From an uncultured Candidatus Saccharibacteria bacterium (GTDB lineage: Bacteria > Patescibacteriota > Minisyncoccia > Sungbacterales > JACQCQ01): a stretch of DNA of 26,281 nt. The stretch covers positions 1 through 26,281 of the forward strand of contig CAZOFN010000001.1 in NCBI GenBank assembly GCA_964579195.1, written 5' to 3'. The notes under the pieces are model-generated. The model was not told the DNA's origin. It was given only the letters and a program-made list of their open reading frames with translations, and made no database searches. Position 1 is the stretch's first letter, and the number at the start of each line of letters is the position of its first letter. The translations under genes and the position numbers were made by a program. Below are positions 1 to 8,828 of the stretch, piece by piece.

Positions 1-2270
1 TTTCCGGAAGGGTCAGCTATAAACGTTCACTCGTTAATCCTGCCTTTCTTCTTCTTTTGGTTGCACTCTTTTTATCAACATTGTTTTCTTCACAGGCCTT
101 CCGCGGCATTCTTTCGAGTGACAATGCCGGTGAGGAATTCATCAGCTTTTTGGTGTTCTCCTTGGTTTACTTCATTGCAGGGAGCATTCTCCGGGGGAGA
201 GACGAATCGAACAGGCTCATTGGGTGGGTTATCGCAGGAGGATTTTTACTGTCCCTCTTTTCCCTTGTTCAGTTTTTTGCGCCTCCCTGGGTACCATTTT
301 CCTCACTGGCGCGCGCCGACGTAAACACCGTCGGGACAACCAATGCGCTTGCGGTCCTTCTTGGTTTTTACTTTGTCATGGCACTTGGCATCTTCACGCA
401 CACGAGCGCCGACTTGGGAAAGTGGGTGAGGATTCTCCTCGGTATCTTCCTTGTTTCCTTGTTCCTGAACCTCATCATCATCAACTTTCGGTCGGTATGG
501 ATTGCTATAGCTGTTGCGCTCATGGTGCTTCTTGGTTTTAAGATTGGTTTTTCCCATTGGGGTCACGCGAGAGGCCGTGTCGGGCTTCGCGAGGGCAGCT
601 TCTCACTGCTTTTCCTCGTGCTCGCCGTGTGCACCTTCCTTATTCTTTCCAGAGTATCGCTTATCACCATTCCATCCATTCCAGCTGAAATTAGCCCCTC
701 CTATCAAGCCACCGTTGATATCGCAAGAAAGACACTCACGGATTCTCTATGGCTTGGTTCTGGGCCGGGTACATTCGGCATGGACTACAGTCTCTATCGC
801 GATCCCTCCATTAATCAGACAAACTTCTGGGGGGTGCGATTTAATAGCGGAGCTGCGTTTCTTCCTACAGCACTCGCAACCACAGGGGTCCTTGGAGTGC
901 TCTTTCTTCTTCTGCTTTCGCTCACTGCGGTTTTTTCCTTTTTAAGACAGGTTGCCCGGGAGGGGACGCACGACGCAATCTTGCTTGGAGGAACAGCGGC
1001 TGTCGTTTTCGGGTTTTTGCTCTGGTGGCTTTATACGGGCACTTTTGCGTTCCAGGCAGTTCTCTTTCTTGTTTTGGGGGCGATGGCGGCACGCGTGAAC
1101 GAAAAGGCGCCAGGTGACGGGACTCCTTCAGTATCAAGAGTCTCGAATCGCACGTTTACGTTCTCAACACCCTGGGCAACATTCGCTGCCTCTCTTGGGG
1201 TGATTTTCCTCATGGTTGCGGGCATTTCTCTCCTTTACTATAACATTCAGCACTATATTTCGGCTGTCGCCTTTACGCGCGGGGTGGAAAGCTTCTCTCG
1301 TGGAGATGTTGATAATGCGGTTGCTAACATTGTTCGTGCCGCTAGTCTCAACACGAACAACGACCAGTACTATCGCGCCCTTGCGGAGGTTATGCTTGCC
1401 CGCGTGCAAAATGTCTTAAATCGTGCGGCCACTTCTCAGGACCCCAACCTGCGAAACGAATTTCAGGCGAATGTCTCGGATGCAATTTCGGCTGCCCAGC
1501 GTGCAACAGTTGTGAATCCCAATGATTCTTTGAATTGGGTGACGTTGGGTCTCGTCTATCAGGCACTGGTGCCATTTTTGCAGGGAGCTGAGGGGCTAGC
1601 CATTCAGGCCTATGACAAGGCTCTCCAATATGAGCCGCAGAACCCCTCGTACCAATACAGCAAGGCAGGTACTCATGTTGCACTGGCCGACAGGGTCCAG
1701 ACTTTGATGAACCAGGGAGGGCAGTCCGAGGAGGCACAGGCAGCACTCGAGACCCAGTACACTGATGCGCTCGTCAAAGCCAGGGAAAGTCTCGAAAAGT
1801 CCCTCGGGCTTAAATCTGATTATGCGCAAGCTAATTATTTGCTTGCGCAAGTCCTGCTTCGCGAGGGAGATGTCGCGCGTGCTATTGGCCAAGTGGAGGC
1901 GGTCAAGCAGCTGGCACCACTCGATATCGGTGTCGCGTTTCAGCTCGGTGTTCTCTACTACCAGTCAAATGAGCTCGCAAAAGCCCAGGCTGAATTCTCT
2001 CGCGCAGTTGCCATGAATGAAAATTACTCGAACGCACGTTACTTCTTGGGGCTCATTTACGACCGGCGGGGCGAAAAGGAAAAGGCCATTACTGAATTCG
2101 AAAGGATTCAGACATTAAACCCTGATAATCAGGAGGTAAAAACAATTCTTACAAATCTTCGGGTGGGCAAGGCGGCCCTTCAAGGCATCTCGCCTCCTGC
2201 TCCAGCGCCGGATCGCCGGTCGGAACCGCCTGTGAAAGATGAAGGGCAGCCAGAAGGTCAGCTTCCCTAG
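1..2270 (+). CDS. Polytopic membrane protein (O-antigen ligase/Wzy_C-like) with C-terminal TPR repeats; 5' end lies outside the window
   Basis: The frame is open from position 3 (SGRVSYKRSLVNPAFLLLL...). It has many hydrophobic segments, a periplasmic-loop motif LGSGPGTF typical of O-antigen ligase-like proteins, and C-terminal TPR-like helices (AYDKALQYEPQN, YFLGLIYDRRGEKEKAITEF). Confidence 0.72.
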   Translation, partial: SGRVSYKRSLVNPAFLLLLVALFLSTLFSSQAFRGILSSDNAGEEFISFLVFSLVYFIAGSILRGRDESNRLIGWVIAGGFLLSLFSLVQFFAPPWVPFSSLARADVNTVGTTNALAVLLGFYFVMALGIFTHTSADLGKWVRILLGIFLVSLFLNLIIINFRSVWIAIAVALMVLLGFKIGFSHWGHARGRVGLREGSFSLLFLVLAVCTFLILSRVSLITIPSIPAEISPSYQATVDIARKTLTDSLWLGSGPGTFGMDYSLYRDPSINQTNFWGVRFNSGAAFLPTALATTGVLGVLFLLLLSLTAVFSFLRQVAREGTHDAILLGGTAAVVFGFLLWWLYTGTFAFQAVLFLVLGAMAARVNEKAPGDGTPSVSRVSNRTFTFSTPWATFAASLGVIFLMVAGISLLYYNIQHYISAVAFTRGVESFSRGDVDNAVANIVRAASLNTNNDQYYRALAEVMLARVQNVLNRAATSQDPNLRNEFQANVSDAISAAQRATVVNPNDSLNWVTLGLVYQALVPFLQGAEGLAIQAYDKALQYEPQNPSYQYSKAGTHVALADRVQTLMNQGGQSEEAQAALETQYTDALVKARESLEKSLGLKSDYAQANYLLAQVLLREGDVARAIGQVEAVKQLAPLDIGVAFQLGVLYYQSNELAKAQAEFSRAVAMNENYSNARYFLGLIYDRRGEKEKAITEFERIQTLNPDNQEVKTILTNLRVGKAALQGISPPAPAPDRRSEPPVKDEGQPEGQLP

Positions 2271-2368
2271 ATGGTCCCGTTGGCGACCCACACTGGACGC
2301 TGTGGCGCCGAGAAGCAGGCCGAAATATATTTAGAGCAACCGCAAATCGCGTGAGCTAGTTTCCGGAA

Positions 2369-4105
2369 ATGCTTTTTAAAGCATTTCGGGTTTCTAACGG
2401 GATGGTATTTGGACTACTGCGAAAAGAGATTCCCTCGATGCATGCGGCGGCCTTCCTCGTGGGGGCCGCCGGCCTTTTATCGCGTCTGCTTGGTCTCTTT
2501 CGCGATCGGTTGCTCGCGGCAGAGTTTGGAGCGTCTCGCACGCTTGACCTCTATTACGCCTCATTTCAACTGCCCGACTTCTTCTTTACGCTGTTTCTTC
2601 TGGGCGCTGCGACGCCTGCCATTCTCCCGGTGTTTATCGAACTCTGGGAAAAAGATTCTGAAAAGGCGCGTGAGTTCATCCGGGGTCTTGTTTTCTTCTT
2701 TTCAGTTTTTGCTCTCTTTATTGGCATCGTTGTGGTTATACTGGCGCCATACCTTGTGGTTCTTGTGGCACCCGGTTTTGACGAAACTTTGCGGGGCACC
2801 ATGGTAACGCTTGTGCGTATCATGATGCTCTCGCCAATATTTCTTGGTGTCTCAAATATCTTTTCCTCGATTGTTCAGGCACGGCGTCGCTTCTTTCTTT
2901 TTTCGCTTACTTCAATTGTTTACAATCTTGGCATCATACTCGGCATTCTTCTGTTTTTGCCAATGTTTGGCGTCGAGGGGCTGGCAGTGGGTGTGGTATT
3001 CGGGGCCTTCCTTCACATGGCAGTTCAGCTTCCCGGTATCAAGGACGCTTTCATCCCCATGCATGTTTCGCTGCCGCCGCTCGGGAGCTTTGTTCGTGTA
3101 TTGACGCTTTCATTCCCGCGTGTAATAGCGTCGTCACTGAATCAAGTGGTGGCTGTATTTCTCGTGGCAGTAGGTTCATTTCTTTCTGCGGGGAGCATCA
3201 CCGTATTTCAGTTTGCCAACAATCTTCGGTACCTGCCTGTGGGAATTTTTGGTATTTCCTATGCGATTGCAGCGTTCCCCAAGCTGACGGAGGCAGCACT
3301 GAAAAAAGATTCAAGTTCGTTTTACAGCGACTTGTATGCCATGGTCGAGAGTATTCTCTTTTGGGTGACGCCCCTCGCCTTCCTTATGGTTATTTTGCGA
3401 GCTCATATTGTCCGCTTGATTCTGGGGACGGGGTACTTTAGCTGGACAGACACAAGATTGACGGCTGCCGCGCTTGCGGTTCTTTCCGTTGCGGTCATTG
3501 CAGAGGGGCTGTCACCGTTACTCCTCCGCGCCTTTTATGCGATTGGCAATACGCGCCTACCGCTTGCAATTACGGGGCTTGCAGCCCTCCTCACTGCGGG
3601 GGTTGCGCCATTTTTTGTCGCATTTTTTAGTTCTGGCCGTGCGAGCGCGGAGCTTGTCGCAAGACTCCTTAAGGTCGGGGATATCCCTGATGTTGGTGTC
3701 TTGGGTCTCGTGGCGGCGTTTTCACTGGGTGCGGTGATTCACGTGATTGGCCTCTGGATCGCATTACTCTCTCAAATGAATTCGTACTTTGGTGCTACTT
3801 TTAAAAACGGCATTGTGCTGGCTATCGCGCGCATTGCTACATCCTCGTTTTTTGCTGCATGCCTCGGATACGGAGCACTGTATTTAGTGTCATTCTTTAT
3901 CTCACTTGATACGTTTTGGGGCGTCTTTGCTCAAGCATTTATTGCGTTTTCAGCATCAGCGATCTTTTACGGAGCCAGCATGTATGCTATGGGGAGCGAG
4001 GAGATGCGCTCAATGATTGATGCGTTCAGGAGCCGCCTCTGGAAGAGGCCGCCGGCGGTGTTGCCCCAGGAGTTGGACGATGTAACTAAGCAACCTCTTA
4101 GGTAG
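2369..4105 (+). CDS. murJ: Lipid II flippase MurJ (MviN); real start may be ATG 2402
   Basis: SRLLGLFRDRLLAAEFGAS, YYASFQLPD and FQFANNLRYLPVGIFG motifs with many TM segments. Confidence 0.92.
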   Translation: MLFKAFRVSNGMVFGLLRKEIPSMHAAAFLVGAAGLLSRLLGLFRDRLLAAEFGASRTLDLYYASFQLPDFFFTLFLLGAATPAILPVFIELWEKDSEKAREFIRGLVFFFSVFALFIGIVVVILAPYLVVLVAPGFDETLRGTMVTLVRIMMLSPIFLGVSNIFSSIVQARRRFFLFSLTSIVYNLGIILGILLFLPMFGVEGLAVGVVFGAFLHMAVQLPGIKDAFIPMHVSLPPLGSFVRVLTLSFPRVIASSLNQVVAVFLVAVGSFLSAGSITVFQFANNLRYLPVGIFGISYAIAAFPKLTEAALKKDSSSFYSDLYAMVESILFWVTPLAFLMVILRAHIVRLILGTGYFSWTDTRLTAAALAVLSVAVIAEGLSPLLLRAFYAIGNTRLPLAITGLAALLTAGVAPFFVAFFSSGRASAELVARLLKVGDIPDVGVLGLVAAFSLGAVIHVIGLWIALLSQMNSYFGATFKNGIVLAIARIATSSFFAACLGYGALYLVSFFISLDTFWGVFAQAFIAFSASAIFYGASMYAMGSEEMRSMIDAFRSRLWKRPPAVLPQELDDVTKQPLR

Positions 4106-4110
4106 ATGGT

Positions 4111-5895
4111 ATGCAAATCAGAAACTTCTGCATTATTGCTCATATTGATCATGGCAAGTCGACACTCGCAGACCGACTTTTGGAAATAACAAAAACGATC
4201 GAGGCAAGGAAGATGCGGGCCCAAGTTCTCGACCAAATGGATTTGGAGCGCGAGCGCGGTATTACCATCAAAATGCAGCCAGTGCGGATGAAATACACCC
4301 ACCGGGGCGAGGAGTACGCGCTGAACCTGATTGATACACCGGGGCATGCCGACTTTTCTTATGAGGTTTCGCGAGCACTGGCCGCAGTCGAGGGAGCGGT
4401 TCTTTTGGTGGATATAACCCAAGGAATCCAAGCACAAACAATCGCCAATCTTCACCTTGCTAAACGCCAGGGATTGAGGCTCATTCCTGCGGTCAATAAA
4501 ATTGATGTTATCGGCGTTGACAAGGAGCGTGCGATTCGAGAAGTTGCGGATCTTCTTGATGTTCCTCAGTCGGAGGTTCTCTCAGTTTCCGGAAAAACGG
4601 GAGAAGGAGTTGAGAAACTCCTTGAATGGATAGTGGAACGTATCCCCGGGCCGTCACAGGAAAATGAGGCACCACTTCGCGCGCTGATTTTTGACTCCCA
4701 ATTTGATGCGTACAAGGGGGTGATTGCCCATGTCAGGGTTGTCTCCGGCAGTGTCGCGAAAGGGACAAAAATTCGCTTTCAGCAAAGTAAAAAGGCCGGT
4801 GAGGTTCTTGAGCTTGGTTATTTTTACCCCGACTTGCGCCCCGGTGAGCGGATTTTGGCAGGCGAGATTGGCTATATCGCTACCGGCACGAAGGAAACGG
4901 GGCTTCGTGTTGGGGATACGATTTTCCGGGAATCGGGTGGGAGCGCGGCACCTCTTCCGGGATATGAGGAACCGCAGCCAGTGGTGTTCGCCTCGGTGTA
5001 TCCAACCGATGCTGATAGCTTCCCCGCGCTCCATGATGCTATCCTGAAGCTGAAGTTAAATGATGCGAGCCTTACCTACGAGGTTGAGTCCTCTGAAGCG
5101 TTGGGACGGGGTTTTCGTATGGGGTTTCTCGGCATGCTTCACCTTGAAATCGTAACAGAACGTTTAAAGCGCGAATTCGGCATCGAAATTGTGGTGTCAA
5201 CTCCTTCTGTGGCATATCGCCTGCAGCTGAAAAACGGCGGGGAAGTCTTTGCATATAGTGCTGCCGATATACCTGATTCCCACGAAGTCAGCGAGCTTTC
5301 CGAGCCCTGGGTGCTTCTTGAGGTGATTGTGCCTGCCGAGTATCTTGGCCGTATCGTGAAGCTCTTTGAAACTCTAAGAGCGCGTTTCAAGGAGACAAAG
5401 TATCTTTCTGAGACTCGGGTACTTATTACCTATGCGGTCCCGTTGAAAGAAGTCATCGTGGATTTGTACGACCGACTAAAGAGCGTTACCTCGGGGTATG
5501 CCTCTATGGGGTATGAATTCATCGGGTACGAGAGGGGCGACCTGGTGCGCCTGGATATCTTGATTGCAGGTCGCCGCGAGCGGGCATTCTCCACCGTGGT
5601 GGCCAGTCATGATGCCTACGACGAAGGAAAACGCCTTGTCGCAAAGTTAAAGGAGCTGCTGCCTTCGCAGGTTTTTGCTGTTCCGATTCAGGCGGCGATT
5701 GAGGGTCGCATTATTGCTCGTGAGACATTGCGGGCCATGTCAAAGGACGTGACGGGGTATCTCTACGGTGGCGATAGGACAAGGAAGATGAAGCTCTGGA
5801 AAAAGCAAAAGAAAGGGAAAGAGCGTCTGAAGGAGCAGGGAATGGGAAAAGTGGAAATTCCGCCGGATGTGTTTCTGAAAATGCTCAAGCGCTAG
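4111..5895 (+). CDS. lepA: Translation elongation factor 4 (LepA)
   Basis: IRNFCIIAHIDHGKSTLADR, LIDTPGHADF, GFRMGFLGMLHLEI and C-terminal YGGDRTRKMKL. Confidence 0.98.
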   Translation: MQIRNFCIIAHIDHGKSTLADRLLEITKTIEARKMRAQVLDQMDLERERGITIKMQPVRMKYTHRGEEYALNLIDTPGHADFSYEVSRALAAVEGAVLLVDITQGIQAQTIANLHLAKRQGLRLIPAVNKIDVIGVDKERAIREVADLLDVPQSEVLSVSGKTGEGVEKLLEWIVERIPGPSQENEAPLRALIFDSQFDAYKGVIAHVRVVSGSVAKGTKIRFQQSKKAGEVLELGYFYPDLRPGERILAGEIGYIATGTKETGLRVGDTIFRESGGSAAPLPGYEEPQPVVFASVYPTDADSFPALHDAILKLKLNDASLTYEVESSEALGRGFRMGFLGMLHLEIVTERLKREFGIEIVVSTPSVAYRLQLKNGGEVFAYSAADIPDSHEVSELSEPWVLLEVIVPAEYLGRIVKLFETLRARFKETKYLSETRVLITYAVPLKEVIVDLYDRLKSVTSGYASMGYEFIGYERGDLVRLDILIAGRRERAFSTVVASHDAYDEGKRLVAKLKELLPSQVFAVPIQAAIEGRIIARETLRAMSKDVTGYLYGGDRTRKMKLWKKQKKGKERLKEQGMGKVEIPPDVFLKMLKR

Positions 5896-5929
5896 CTTGA
5901 TGCAAGCTACCAGCCGCAATCTACAAAAC

Positions 5930-6040
5930 CTACAAGCTTGTTAGAATGGGAAGGGCCGTGAAGGCCACCATTGAGAGAACGGCGATGAGCGAGATGACAA
6001 TCCAAAGCGTATTGGCTCGTTTTTGGTGCTTCTTGTCCAT
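5930..6040 (-). CDS. Small single-pass membrane protein (36 aa), below the ORF-track cutoff
   Basis: Hand translation gives MDKKHQKRANTLWIVISLIAVLSMVAFTALPILTSL*: a basic N-terminus plus one hydrophobic helix. It converges on the lepA stop. Confidence 0.55.
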   Translation of the reverse strand: MDKKHQKRANTLWIVISLIAVLSMVAFTALPILTSL

Positions 6041-6089
6041 AGAGATAAATTGATAAGACGCTTTTATGTATCTTTATCCGCCGCCGCAG

Positions 6090-6248
6090 AAGACCTCGGG
6101 CGTAAGCCTGAGGATGAATGTGAAAAAGAGACAAATGCCCTCTCTGGAGTCGAAGGGTAGATGATACGTGCGATCCCGCCGATCTCGCAAGAGTTCGCCC
6201 CGCGGGGTGAAATGCGAGATACCACGGCCGTACGGCCGTGGAGCTTCA
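6090..6248 (+). mobile_element. Probable non-autonomous IS200/IS605-type miniature element (two subterminal hairpins, no ORF)
   Basis: Left hairpin CCTCGGGC-GTAA-GCCTGAGG (6094-6113) followed by ATGAATG. Right perfect palindrome CCACGGCCGTACGGCCGTGG (6222-6241) followed by AGCTTCA. Internal nested stem ATCTCGCA/TGCGAGAT (6182-6189/6213-6220). Family assignment is from end style only. Confidence 0.5.
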
Positions 6249-6304
6249 TTTTGCGTCAGCCTCCTCGACTATAACGGGCTTTTGCTTTATGTTCAAGATA
6301 CTCT

Positions 6305-6664
6305 ATGTCGAAGTTTCTATCCTCGCCGATTGCGTTAGTTCTTGTTCTTCTGATTCTGGGGGTGTCAGCGGTCAAGCTCTTTAGAACCGTTTCTCTTTAT
6401 CTTGACGTAAGACATGCCAGAGGAAAGTTGCAGGCAGAGTTAGCCTATCTTGAGGCGGAAAATCCAAAAATTAGTGATGAGCTTCGTATTGCAGACACTC
6501 CGGAAGCGATTGAGCGGGACGCAAAAGGACGATTGAACTTGAAAATGCCTGACGAGGAGGTAGTTGTGGTTGTGCCAAATAGCGAAAAATACACAGCCAC
6601 CACGACCGAGGACAGCCCATGGCGGCACTTTACAGACCTGCTTAAGTCGTTCCTCCCATTCTAA
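6305..6664 (+). CDS. Septum formation initiator family protein (FtsB/DivIC-like)
   Basis: N-terminal TM helix, coiled coil, then IERDAKGRLNLKMPDEEVVVV. Confidence 0.75.
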   Translation: MSKFLSSPIALVLVLLILGVSAVKLFRTVSLYLDVRHARGKLQAELAYLEAENPKISDELRIADTPEAIERDAKGRLNLKMPDEEVVVVVPNSEKYTATTTEDSPWRHFTDLLKSFLPF

Positions 6665-7547
6665 GGAATGTTCGCACTAATCTTTCGGCTTCTCGCTCCG
6701 TCTTTATCCAGTGAATGTCGGAATATCGCTTGAACCACCGTTGTTGGCGTTTGGCGTAATCCCAGTTTGCCGCCTCAAGTTTGTCCCTAAGGTCGGGCTT
6801 TGAAATACTCCCAAACGGCAGGGATGCTGCAATGTTATAGTCAAGTCCAAGCTCTCTAAGCCGTTTTCTTGGAATGCCGCTTTGCAGCAGTTTTTTTGTT
6901 TCTTGTAAAAGTCCTCTCTGGATTCTTGTTTCGACTGCGCGCTTAATTCGCTTTCGGAGTTCTTGGGGGGAGCGGAAGGGTCCAAGAAATAGAGCGTGAT
7001 ACAGCCGCCTCCGGACAGGCGGTGGGACTGGGGCCATTGTTGCCTTTACGATTTCAATCGCGCGAATGAGACGTCTCGGGTTCTGAGCGTCAACGGCCCT
7101 TGCTCGAACGGAATCTAACTGCGCAAGCATTTTGAACAATTCTGTTGCTGATTTCTTTGCTAGCGTTCTGCGCAACGTTGGGTTTGGTTGGACTTCAGGG
7201 AAGGTGAAGCCCCGTGCAACAGCATCAATATAGAGTCCCGTGCCCCCGACAAGAAACGGGATAGCGTCGCGCTTAATGATATTACGGATAGCAGTGTTGG
7301 CCTTTTTTCTGAATTCAGCAACAGAAAGTTGCTTCTTGGGGCTTGCAAAACTGAGAAGGTGGTGGGGAATACCTCGCATTTCACGCTTTGTTATCTTTCC
7401 CGTGCCGATATCGAGGCCGCGATAGATCTGGCGCGAGTCTGCCGAAATCACTTCACCGCCAAATCTTTTCGCTAGATAGACGGCTAACGTCGATTTTCCC
7501 GAGGCCGTTGGGCCGACAATGGTAACGAGGAGAGACATTTTCCGCAT
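6642..7547 (-). CDS. miaA: tRNA dimethylallyltransferase
   Basis: IVGPTASGKS, ISADSRQIYRGLDIGTGK, LVGGTGLY and YAKRQQRWF. Confidence 0.97.
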   Translation of the reverse strand: MRKMSLLVTIVGPTASGKSTLAVYLAKRFGGEVISADSRQIYRGLDIGTGKITKREMRGIPHHLLSFASPKKQLSVAEFRKKANTAIRNIIKRDAIPFLVGGTGLYIDAVARGFTFPEVQPNPTLRRTLAKKSATELFKMLAQLDSVRARAVDAQNPRRLIRAIEIVKATMAPVPPPVRRRLYHALFLGPFRSPQELRKRIKRAVETRIQRGLLQETKKLLQSGIPRKRLRELGLDYNIAASLPFGSISKPDLRDKLEAANWDYAKRQQRWFKRYSDIHWIKTEREAERLVRTFLRMGGTT

Positions 7548-7618
7548 GGAAACTAACCTAACAAGTTTTTTCTTCTGGTAGAAATAAATTTACGCCGTCA
7601 CGTATATTATGTACAACG

Positions 7619-7650
7619 AAATGTGTCAAATGCCGGCATTTGACACATTT
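7619..7650. repeat. 32-bp perfect loop-less palindrome
   Basis: AAATGTGTCAAATGCC|GGCATTTGACACATTT, intergenic between the upstream gene's stop and the miaA start. Confidence 0.9.
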
Positions 7651-7697
7651 GTGTCTTTTAGATGCAAGGTTTTGAATTGTCTTATCGCTTCGGTTTG

Positions 7698-8828
7698 CTA
7701 TTCGACGATGATGGTGCCGCGCATAAATGGGTGCGGCTCACAGAAGTAGGGAAACGAGCCCGCACTTTTGAAGATGAAAGAGAATGATCCATCGGTGGGA
7801 AGTAAATTACTTCGAAATACGCCCGTATCACTGGTTACGGTGTGACCGACGCCATCGGTGTTCGTCCAGCGAATCGTGTCGCCGGTCCTGATGCGTATCT
7901 CCTTGTCAAAAGCAAAGTTGGCAATTTTCGCGTCGACGATTTTCGAAGCGGTAGTCGGTGTACTCGGAGGCGTTACCGCTTGAGGAGGTTCAGGATTGGT
8001 CTTTTCGGACACATTGGCGGGAGCATGCGGCTTTGTGGATGAGCGCCGCTCCGGCACACACTCGCCTGTATGTTGTATCGCTACGTTCGCTAGCCTGGCA
8101 AAACAGCTGTTGGCATAGGTTTTCCCGTCAATGCCGCATACAGGATCGTAGACTTGAATACAAGCAGCGGGCTCTTCGGCTGTCGGCGGCTTCGACCTGA
8201 TCCTCTCTTCGTAGAGATCCTCAAGTTCCTTTAAAAGAATTTCAACCGTGGTAGTAGACTCTTTTTGTTTCTCTTTTTCCCAGAGTAACTTGAAAGCTTT
8301 CTTAGCTTTGTCTTTATTGATCCGCATGGCTTCTTTGGCGACTTGGCTGAGCGCCATTTCGGTTGCCTCTCGGGCTTCGCGACTTTCCCTTCCTGTTCGC
8401 TCGCGCACCTCCTCAAACACAAGGAAGTGCTTTTCGGCGATGTCGCCGAGTTTTTCGATCAACTGCTCGGCATTCTTATTTTTCTCCGAGAGTGAAGCAA
8501 AGTGTTTCTGCATAGTTTCAAAGTGGATTCTATACCGTGCTTCGGCACGCTCGAGCGTCTCAGCCGCTTCCGTGTCTTCTTCAACCAATTTTTTGATCTC
8601 GGCCAGTCGCTCCTTCGCAATTTTTAGCTCCACCGCAATCTTTTGCTCCGCGCCGGATGCCAGTGCGCGGTTAATGGTGCGCCGTATTTCTTTTAGGGGA
8701 TAAAGCGGATGCGAGGGAATAATTACCGGCTCACCGCCGAGATCTTTATAGGTAATGTGGTCGCCCTCATGAGCGAGGGTCGGTGTAAAGACTAAAAATG
8801 CGAGAAGGGCAAGTGTAAAAGATTTCAT
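7698..8828 (-). CDS. Exported multidomain protein: signal peptide, helical DUF5667-like domain, Kazal-type domain, C-terminal cupredoxin (plastocyanin-like) domain
   Basis: Signal MKSFTLALLAFLVFTPTLA; PSHPLYPLKEIRRTI...ERLAEI (DUF5667-like); CIQVYDPVCGIDGKTYANSCFA...GEC (Kazal); HTVTS...YFCEPHPFMRG (type-1 Cu ligands H, C, H, M). Confidence 0.75.
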   Translation of the reverse strand: MKSFTLALLAFLVFTPTLAHEGDHITYKDLGGEPVIIPSHPLYPLKEIRRTINRALASGAEQKIAVELKIAKERLAEIKKLVEEDTEAAETLERAEARYRIHFETMQKHFASLSEKNKNAEQLIEKLGDIAEKHFLVFEEVRERTGRESREAREATEMALSQVAKEAMRINKDKAKKAFKLLWEKEKQKESTTTVEILLKELEDLYEERIRSKPPTAEEPAACIQVYDPVCGIDGKTYANSCFARLANVAIQHTGECVPERRSSTKPHAPANVSEKTNPEPPQAVTPPSTPTTASKIVDAKIANFAFDKEIRIRTGDTIRWTNTDGVGHTVTSDTGVFRSNLLPTDGSFSFIFKSAGSFPYFCEPHPFMRGTIIVE

